Virus record (IMG/VR): IMGVR_UViG_3300044614_002195
Span: 1 to 64,000 of that record
DNA: 64,000 bases
Source of the DNA: a virus
Direction: 5' to 3' (one strand)
In this document: in pieces, positions 51,339 to 58,680 of the stretch
Layout: each line of letters starts with the position of its first letter
Numbering within the stretch: position 1 is the first letter of the stretch
Translations under genes and position numbers: made by a program
The notes under the pieces: generated by a model
Seen by the model: only the letters and a program-made list of their open reading frames with translations
Told to the model about the DNA's origin: nothing
Databases searched by the model: none

Positions 51339-54300
51339 ATGTACATCACACCTAGAGTCTTAATTCAACAGGAATTCGCACAAGTCGCAGTATACAGGGA
51401 ATTCCCAATGCCTGCTTTCATTATTGGGCCACATTATGGGTTGACCCGTTATAATGTAAGTAGTGAAAAGCCTAATACGATTTTAAACTCCCTTGATGGA
51501 GAACTGCTCACTTCGGGCAATTCTTACATTGCTGACCAGGATACGCGCTACAGCTTTTCAAATATTAAGCCTGGAGGAGAAGTAGATCACACCTTCACTA
51601 AGGTTTATGCGGAAGGTGTCGAAGCCCAGTACTTCCCTAACGAAGATTTAGGTTCTGACGACATCGCATTTTTGGATGCCGTAGAATTAATCGAAGGACC
51701 TGTAGGTAAGCCTTACGCCAACAAAGTCAGATTTTCAAATTTGATTCTTAAGACAGAAAACGGTTACGATCGCTCTGAGTACTTCTCAAACCGCGACGTA
51801 AATGTTGGCGATTTGATTAACATTACAGATGATCTCGGCAATACTCTCAAGGCCAGAATCACTGATCTGGTTGCCGAAACGTCAGACACAGATGTCAGCT
51901 TGGCTTCAGAAATTGCTGAAGTTAAGTACGACGGCAACGACGGAGTAACCAACGGCACGAGAACGTTTGTCTCCGCTAGCGCAGACTTTGCGGCCTCCGA
52001 AGTGGTTGGGCAGTACATCACAATCTATCATATCGAAAATACTCCAGGAGTATTTAAGATTTTAGCTTGCACAGACAATCATACGCTTGTGCTTGATAAG
52101 GTGGCGCCCTCCCACTCCAATCGCGCATGGTCAATAGGAGGCGTATATAACGATGTAAACAATACGGCCTGGCAGTCCTCGAGTTACAACAGCGCTCCTG
52201 TCAGTATAGGCACAACTAACGCAACCGTTGTTGTTGATAATGTATCTGAGGCTTATGTAGGCTACGCAGCCAAAGGAATTGTAACTGACACCTATACCGC
52301 GACAGTCACAACTTCCGGTAACGCGACCACCGCGCGTTTCTCGGTTTCTTCGGCAAACGGAGCATTCTCGACAAAGACAGACCTGTCTCTTGATGACCTG
52401 TTCCTTAGCCTTGATGAAGCAAACGGCAACGCTGCTGGTATTGAATTCACCGAAGCCGAAGGAGCAACACTAGCTTTCGCCAAGGGGAACTCCTGGTCTA
52501 TCGGTCAGTTCATTGCTGCCGTTGAGCCTACAAATCCAACAACTGACGGAGAATACACCGGCACAGTAGACGCCACATATACAATCCGAGTAGATCGTGG
52601 CGGCGCTTTCTTTGACGGAAGCAATGCAGCTACCTGCGCCAGAATTACCATCAATTCGTCCAGCGTGGATGCATCTACGACAATTCTTCCCCGCATCGAC
52701 ACTTCATTCAATGTTGGAAGTCATGGTGTGACTGCTATGTTTGAGTCCGCCACGAATAACGGGGGTTTAATTGTAGGGGACACGTACTACATCCCAGTTA
52801 GATCAGCAAGATTAGGCGCAGTTAGAATTGTAGAGCTTTCCGAGGCCCTGCCACAGGTCACACTGGAAGCAGCCTCATCACTCACAGTCACACTGGCAAT
52901 CCATCAGGCAAGCATCAACATTCCGGAAATGCGTAGCCTTGTGGATGATTCGGTTAACTGGAGTCAGGAAGAAAACTACATCACCATTAATGCAGGAATT
53001 ACTTCCTATAACTCTTCCTTGCTAAGCTCTACATTAGAGCCTGCAAGATTACCGATTAACAGCGCTAAGCTTTTTGCGGAGCACAGAGACTTGTTACAGG
53101 ACTACGTAAATGCTATTGATGACGTGAGAAGCCTTGCAGATGTGGAGCGTAAGTTGGGAACAATTCATCCTGATAACCCATTAGCGCAGGGTGTATATGA
53201 CGCTGTCCTCAACGCCGCAAACGCTATCGTTTACTTCATCGCAGTAGAGACCGATGACTTAAGTGGTTATGCGAAGAGCATAAAGATCTCTGAAAAGAGC
53301 GATAAGGTTTACAGCTTTGTGCCTATGACCTTCGACAGAACAATTCAGGATGCCGTGGTGTCACATGTGAATGCCTACAGTACACCTGAGGTTGGTCGCT
53401 GGAGAATTTGCTGGCTTGCCGCTAAGGACGAGCCCACCAGATTAATATACGACCTCAAGGAAGACGGTAGCGACTACCAGGCCACAATCACAGACGACAC
53501 GGCTGTTTCAGGTACACAGAATAAACTTGTCACAATTCAAGGAGCTAAATTTATTGAAGACGGCGTACGTCCAAATGACACACTCAGAATTAACTTCAGG
53601 CTCCGCGCGGACGGTAAGCGTACATATGACGAGTATGTTGTTGACCGTGTGAGAACAAACACAACTTTAGTATTAACGAGGAGCTTAGCCACACCTATCA
53701 GCTCGCCTGTTAAAGCTCAAGTTGTGCGTAACTTCACTAAGTCCGAAAGGGCAACAAACATCGCATACACTGCAGGAGAGTACAATAATCGTCGTGTGCG
53801 TATGGTGTTCCCTGATACCTATAAGTATGGAGGGGTTGTGAAGCAGGGTTATTTTGCAGCCGCAGGATTAGCAGGATTACGCTCCGGCGTGGTACCTCAC
53901 CAGGGTCTCACAAACTCTGAGTTCCTTGGAGCTGACGATTTAACTAAGGTGGTAATAGACTTCACTGCGGATGACCTCAATACAATCGCAGAGCAGGGTG
54001 TGTGGGTTATTACCCAAGAAGTGATTGGAGCTACCCCATATGTAAGACACCAGCTTACAACCGACGAGCGTAGCTTAAATACCTCGGAAGATTCTATCAC
54101 AACAAACGTCGATAACATCAGCTACGCGCTCAAGCACACGCTGACTCCGTTTATTGGCAGATACAACATAAATGACGACAACTTGCTCGCCGTTTATGCT
54201 GCTGTTGTCAAAGAATTAACATTCAGAGCCTCTAGTACTAGAACCATCAGAGCAGGTAACCAGCTCACAAGCTTTACGCCTGCAGACGATATTCTTCTAT

Positions 54301-54401
54301 TACAAGTCAATCCTACCTATAAGGACAGGATTGATGTAGAAGTCAGGCTCAATGTTCCATATCCCTTGAACTTCATTAACTTGAAATTGATAGTGGAGTA
54401 A
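51339..54401 (+). CDS. Tail sheath protein (large, with beta-rich insertions)
   Basis: N-terminal YITPRVLIQQEF...PAFIIGP; C-terminal AAAGLAGLRSG..PHQGLTN, VRHQLTT, NVDNISY, and DVEVRLNVPYPLNFINLKL. Confidence 0.88.
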   Translation: MYITPRVLIQQEFAQVAVYREFPMPAFIIGPHYGLTRYNVSSEKPNTILNSLDGELLTSGNSYIADQDTRYSFSNIKPGGEVDHTFTKVYAEGVEAQYFPNEDLGSDDIAFLDAVELIEGPVGKPYANKVRFSNLILKTENGYDRSEYFSNRDVNVGDLINITDDLGNTLKARITDLVAETSDTDVSLASEIAEVKYDGNDGVTNGTRTFVSASADFAASEVVGQYITIYHIENTPGVFKILACTDNHTLVLDKVAPSHSNRAWSIGGVYNDVNNTAWQSSSYNSAPVSIGTTNATVVVDNVSEAYVGYAAKGIVTDTYTATVTTSGNATTARFSVSSANGAFSTKTDLSLDDLFLSLDEANGNAAGIEFTEAEGATLAFAKGNSWSIGQFIAAVEPTNPTTDGEYTGTVDATYTIRVDRGGAFFDGSNAATCARITINSSSVDASTTILPRIDTSFNVGSHGVTAMFESATNNGGLIVGDTYYIPVRSARLGAVRIVELSEALPQVTLEAASSLTVTLAIHQASINIPEMRSLVDDSVNWSQEENYITINAGITSYNSSLLSSTLEPARLPINSAKLFAEHRDLLQDYVNAIDDVRSLADVERKLGTIHPDNPLAQGVYDAVLNAANAIVYFIAVETDDLSGYAKSIKISEKSDKVYSFVPMTFDRTIQDAVVSHVNAYSTPEVGRWRICWLAAKDEPTRLIYDLKEDGSDYQATITDDTAVSGTQNKLVTIQGAKFIEDGVRPNDTLRINFRLRADGKRTYDEYVVDRVRTNTTLVLTRSLATPISSPVKAQVVRNFTKSERATNIAYTAGEYNNRRVRMVFPDTYKYGGVVKQGYFAAAGLAGLRSGVVPHQGLTNSEFLGADDLTKVVIDFTADDLNTIAEQGVWVITQEVIGATPYVRHQLTTDERSLNTSEDSITTNVDNISYALKHTLTPFIGRYNINDDNLLAVYAAVVKELTFRASSTRTIRAGNQLTSFTPADDILLLQVNPTYKDRIDVEVRLNVPYPLNFINLKLIVE

Positions 54402-54405
54402 ACAT

Positions 54406-54639
54406 ATGACCTCCTTTTCAGCAGGGTTCATAGCTGAAGCCGCAGTAATGGGGTTGTCCTCTTCGGAGGCAACCCAGTTACTTAAAAGAGCTGCAGAATA
54501 TCCAGGGATGGAGCAATTAACATCTCATGAGCACAACACTGAAGAAGACCCTTCCTCCATGGATGTGTTAAAAGAACTTCTACAGCAGGACATGATAAAC
54601 AAAAATTTTGGTGGGTATAAACACAAAATTAATATCTAA
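54406..54639 (+). CDS. Small protein with the head-type helical leader
   Basis: SFSAGFIAEAAVMGL...LLKRAA. Confidence 0.55.
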   Translation: MTSFSAGFIAEAAVMGLSSSEATQLLKRAAEYPGMEQLTSHEHNTEEDPSSMDVLKELLQQDMINKNFGGYKHKINI

Positions 54640-54842
54640 TGAAAGTAGTAGTCACAGGCGATTTCAGAGAGCCTATCTTGCTTGATACAGATAAAGCCAC
54701 AGGTCTTTTAATATTCTCTGACGAAGGCAGGCCTAATGTAATATATAGGATAGTCGGAAAAGGAAGAGCCTGGGTTAGATATACTAAAGGCGAAGATGAA
54801 AATTTTGACGAAGTAGCAAAATCTCTAGGACTATTAAAATAA
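54639..54842 (+). CDS. Small hypothetical protein
   Basis: 67-aa ORF, TAATG-coupled. Confidence 0.6.
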   Translation: MKVVVTGDFREPILLDTDKATGLLIFSDEGRPNVIYRIVGKGRAWVRYTKGEDENFDEVAKSLGLLK

Positions 54843-54853
54843 AACTAATACCG

Positions 54854-54882
54854 TTGCATTTAAATAGTAAAAGAGCTATAAT
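54854..54882 (+). promoter_or_regulatory. Sigma70-type promoter for the tube gene
   Basis: TTGCAT-N17-TATAAT. Confidence 0.75.
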
Positions 54883-54914
54883 ATTAACATCAACAACAAA
54901 CCTAATAAAAACAT

Positions 54915-55337
54915 ATGGCAGATTTATATAAACATCAACACGCAACAGCAATAGCGCCATTTACGACAGACAAGTGCGCCATAAATTGGGGAGGACCTGT
55001 TTTCGCAGCAAACCAGGTATCTGTATCCTATACGCAGCAGGTGCAACGCAGACGTACTATTGGAAATAAAAACGTTATGCTCTGGGCAAATTTACCTAGC
55101 GGTCAGATTACTATAGCTAGAATGATGGGAGAAAACTCGAAAGAGATTTACAGTAAAAATGGCTGGAACATGTGTACCCCTACAGATATCACGCTTGAAA
55201 CAAAAGGCTGCAAAGGCTCAGTTAAATTTACAGCCAAAGATTGTCTTGTTGTCAATTATCAGATACAGCTTGAAACAGAAGGATTGACTGTTATCGATAA
55301 TCTTACTGTCGAATTCCTTGAGTTATCCCAAGGGTAA
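54915..55337 (+). CDS. Tail tube protein
   Basis: 140-aa beta-rich protein after the sheath (VSVSYTQQVQRRRTIG, GQITIARM, TVIDNLTVEFLEL). Confidence 0.7.
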   Translation: MADLYKHQHATAIAPFTTDKCAINWGGPVFAANQVSVSYTQQVQRRRTIGNKNVMLWANLPSGQITIARMMGENSKEIYSKNGWNMCTPTDITLETKGCKGSVKFTAKDCLVVNYQIQLETEGLTVIDNLTVEFLELSQG

Positions 55338-55363
55338 TTCTGAAGTACTTCTAGTATATTTCC

Positions 55364-55392
55364 TTGCAACAATAGCCCTAGCCTTATATATT
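55364..55392 (+). promoter_or_regulatory. Sigma70-type promoter
   Basis: TTGCAA-N17-TATATT upstream of ATG 55412. Confidence 0.6.
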
Positions 55393-55411
55393 GAGGCTAG
55401 GGTTATTTATT

Positions 55412-57760
55412 ATGTATATTAGAGAATATCAATCTGCAGACGTTTTTACTGCTGTCGTAATCACTAACAACGCAGGCACAGGAATAGTAAGTGTAATCAG
55501 GGAGTCTTATGGTGGAGCGGAAGCCGACTTTGGCTTTGAAATGCAAGGTATCCCATTAGGTTCGACTATTGCCACCTATCTAGGCTTTAAAGAATCATGT
55601 TTACCTCAACCAGGCTCTAGAGTGGTATGCATCAAATTTGCTTCGACTCATTGCTATATTATAGGCGTAATTCCTGAGGAAGCTGTCGGAGGCGAAGCTA
55701 TACCTTTAAGATCTATGCTGGGAGCCGGAGACGCGTCAAACGACTCTGCGAACAACCAAGGAATTACAGATAGAATAAGTATAGTAACAGACTTACAGAA
55801 ACCTTCCGACGTAGTTGATGGTGAGCACGTAGTCAGTAATGAGTTTGGCGTTTTACTTGGGTTATACCAACAGCTAGCCAATTTAAAAGGCTCTGAGCTA
55901 GCGCAAATTCAATGCTTCCTGTTGGATGATTTGGTTAGAGTTGTAAGCCATAATTTTCAACATTACACAGCTCTAGGCGAGTATAATATATATCACGACG
56001 GTAAAAAAATAATGGCCGAGTTCGGTGCCACGCATTTACCGAAAGAATCTTACGGAGCCACGGACTCTCCAACATTTCAAACAGACGAAGGCGCCTCTAA
56101 AGATGACTCTAAAGATCATTATAAGATAGAGGGAGACGAGCGCTTAAAGGCAATAGAAAGATTTAAGATTTTCCTGGGAGGGCTAGGAGATTTCCTTCAT
56201 ATTTTTCTAGTAAAACCTGCTGAAGAAGCCAGAAAACTAGACCCAGGATCTAGCGTAAGCGAGCCTGATAGAGGTCTCTTTAATATGCATGTGGGTACAG
56301 ATGGGGGACTACATTTAAGAAGCCTAAAGGAAGTATTTATTGAAAAAACTAATTGGATCAGGGTGCCTATCAGAAAAGCTGCTCCTGATGACCCAAAAGG
56401 AGATGATGCTGGGGAATTAAACTACGAAAAAAAGAAAAAATTTGAATTTGATGACTCAGTTAAATATCTAGACAACCCTTTTGCTTACAGCTTACAGCTT
56501 AAAGACTATGTAGCTTATGTTAACGAAAAACTAGGCTATCAGAATTTTAAAACACACGAAAAAGATTTCGACGTAAACGACAGTATAGGTAAAGAGAAAA
56601 AAATACCCGAAATAGACGAAATTGATGAGGAAACTAAATTAAATTTATCTGAGTATAAACTACGCACAGCGGGCATATATCTGATGCCTAATGGCGGTAT
56701 CACGATCAGAGACGCATGGAACTCCTCTATTGTTCTAGAGGGCGGAAACATCTATTTACAGCCAGCCAAAGATCTCATGTCTCTACCTTTAAGACATGAT
56801 ATAGTTAAAGCTGGAGGCTCTGTAAGTATTGCAAGTAGAAAGCACATGGATTTATCATCTACCGATGAAGGTATTAGATTAAAGGCTGAGAAATCAGCAT
56901 ACATCTACAGCAATAAAGGTGGAATTGTACTGGAATCTGCAGGAAACGAAGACACTCCAGGCACCCCAGAAGAGGAAGCACTGGAGTATGTGGGAGGTAT
57001 AGTACTCAAATCGGCTTTAGGTATATACAACTACGCAGCTGGAAATATATTGAATTATACTGTTAAAGACTTTTACATAGAAGCCACAGAGGCACTATAT
57101 GCAGTAGGTTCAAATGTGGTTCTTTTTGGCAAGAAAGGCTTTCTTGTGCTTGCAAAGAAAGGCTTTGATTTAATAAGTAAAACAACCACAACTTTAATGA
57201 GTGTAGGTAATGCAATGTTTGGCGGAATAGGCGCCACTTCTTTAGGAATGAAAGACCAAAAGCTAGGAATCAAAGCAACTCCAAAATTTGGGTGGCTAGA
57301 CGGAAAACCTCCCGAAGGTGTTGTAAACTTTCAAAGCTACTACGACGGTTATGAGGCAGATAAACAAATGAATGAGACCTTCGACTCTCTCCTTAAGTTT
57401 ACTGTGTTTGAGGAAAAACAAAAGTTTGAAGACTTAAAGTTTAGATTTTTAAAATCTCTAAAATACAACTTATCGGACGAGGAAGATTGTATAGTTGGGT
57501 CGCTAGCCCAGCAAGACGACCTAGTAAGTAATGCATTGAAACTTGAGACTTGGACTGAAAAAGAAGTAAATGAAACCATGCCTTTTCCAGGCAAAGAAAA
57601 AGGAGAAAAATATTACTTTTCTCCAGGCAAACTAACTAACCTAGAGAAAAGCCCTGACGACAAAGACCTTATTAACAAGGCGGACTCGAAAGAAAAAATG
57701 GAAGATAAAGCCAAAAAGGTTTCGTTATTTACAGAATATAAAGTACAAAAATCAAGTTAA
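55412..57760 (+). CDS. Baseplate central spike/hub (gp5/VgrG-like)
   Basis: OB-fold-like LPQPGSRVVC...YIIG and beta-helix-like ITIRDAWNSSIVLEGGNIYL...GSVSIAS; start reassigned to ATG 55412. Confidence 0.65.
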   Translation: MYIREYQSADVFTAVVITNNAGTGIVSVIRESYGGAEADFGFEMQGIPLGSTIATYLGFKESCLPQPGSRVVCIKFASTHCYIIGVIPEEAVGGEAIPLRSMLGAGDASNDSANNQGITDRISIVTDLQKPSDVVDGEHVVSNEFGVLLGLYQQLANLKGSELAQIQCFLLDDLVRVVSHNFQHYTALGEYNIYHDGKKIMAEFGATHLPKESYGATDSPTFQTDEGASKDDSKDHYKIEGDERLKAIERFKIFLGGLGDFLHIFLVKPAEEARKLDPGSSVSEPDRGLFNMHVGTDGGLHLRSLKEVFIEKTNWIRVPIRKAAPDDPKGDDAGELNYEKKKKFEFDDSVKYLDNPFAYSLQLKDYVAYVNEKLGYQNFKTHEKDFDVNDSIGKEKKIPEIDEIDEETKLNLSEYKLRTAGIYLMPNGGITIRDAWNSSIVLEGGNIYLQPAKDLMSLPLRHDIVKAGGSVSIASRKHMDLSSTDEGIRLKAEKSAYIYSNKGGIVLESAGNEDTPGTPEEEALEYVGGIVLKSALGIYNYAAGNILNYTVKDFYIEATEALYAVGSNVVLFGKKGFLVLAKKGFDLISKTTTTLMSVGNAMFGGIGATSLGMKDQKLGIKATPKFGWLDGKPPEGVVNFQSYYDGYEADKQMNETFDSLLKFTVFEEKQKFEDLKFRFLKSLKYNLSDEEDCIVGSLAQQDDLVSNALKLETWTEKEVNETMPFPGKEKGEKYYFSPGKLTNLEKSPDDKDLINKADSKEKMEDKAKKVSLFTEYKVQKSS

Positions 57761-57811
57761 GCTCGACAAGAACAATAAAATTTAGTCAAATCATTAAACC
57801 ACAAATAAAAT

Positions 57812-58327
57812 ATGGAAGAAACACAGCCATTCAATCAATCTATAGAAATGAATCCAGAACCTCCTAAGCAGGATTTAATTACCCCAGAAGACAAGGAAAG
57901 GTTCTTTAAAAGTATTCTAGCAAATACACCTTACGAAGAAACTATCAGTCTGTTTGACGGGCAGATGAAAGTACGCTTTAGAGCCATGAGTGTTAAAGAA
58001 AACAACGACGTGGTTGAACAGATTATCCAAGATAAAAAAAATGGTATGGCTGCCGATAATGACGCGTACTTCATCACCATTTCAACTTACAGACTAGCTA
58101 CGTCGCTTGTATCTATAGATGACAAGGAGTATTCAAGCGTCACTAAAGACAATTTTTCTGAAACGACAGAAAAAGATACATATATTCTAGCGAGAGCAAG
58201 GCCCATGCAAGCCTGGGCCACACCAAAGCTGTCCTTATTCTTGGATGCCTTTCAAAAATTTGAGGCAAAATTAGTTAAACTAACTAATGAGGTGCAGACT
58301 GCAAATTTTTGGAAAGCCAGCGCGTAA
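57812..58327 (+). CDS. Tail assembly chaperone (G-like)
   Basis: Acidic 171-aa protein two genes upstream of the tape measure; ends in a slippery sequence. Confidence 0.75.
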   Translation: MEETQPFNQSIEMNPEPPKQDLITPEDKERFFKSILANTPYEETISLFDGQMKVRFRAMSVKENNDVVEQIIQDKKNGMAADNDAYFITISTYRLATSLVSIDDKEYSSVTKDNFSETTEKDTYILARARPMQAWATPKLSLFLDAFQKFEAKLVKLTNEVQTANFWKASA

Positions 58328-58360
58328 AATGCCTTACTGAAGGTTATCTGCGTGGCTGGC
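58303..58360 (+). other. Programmed -1 ribosomal frameshift signal
   Basis: In-frame A AAT TTT heptamer (58303-58309), 6-nt spacer, then a stem-loop with GCCAGC-GCGTA pairing to TGCGT-G-GCTGGC; the downstream ORF is in the -1 frame. Confidence 0.8.
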
Positions 58361-58680
58361 TAAATTTTGAATATCCTCTCAACACGTCTAAATTAAGAGA
58401 AGATCTTATTTTAGACTATATTGAGGAAGATAGGCTATTTCAACTACTACAGCACAAGCTGTTCATGGAAACAGTTATTAGAAGCTCCCCAGGACCTGGG
58501 GCAAAAACGTTAGATCCTATATTCGAAGTGTCTAGATCGCTTATAGGATTAAAATTGCCTTCTGCGCTACCAGCAGATAAAATAAAGAAAGCTGGCAGTG
58601 CAGGAGGTTCAAATAAACCCCTCACACCTGAAGAAATTGAAGAATATAAAGCTTTACTAAAAGAGTTAAATAAAAAATAA
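58309..58680 (+). CDS. Tail assembly chaperone extension (T-like), probably made as a G-T fusion
   Basis: In the -1 frame relative to 57812..58327; only a TTG start; its stop abuts the tape measure ATG. Confidence 0.75.
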   Translation: MESQRVKCLTEGYLRGWLNFEYPLNTSKLREDLILDYIEEDRLFQLLQHKLFMETVIRSSPGPGAKTLDPIFEVSRSLIGLKLPSALPADKIKKAGSAGGSNKPLTPEEIEEYKALLKELNKK

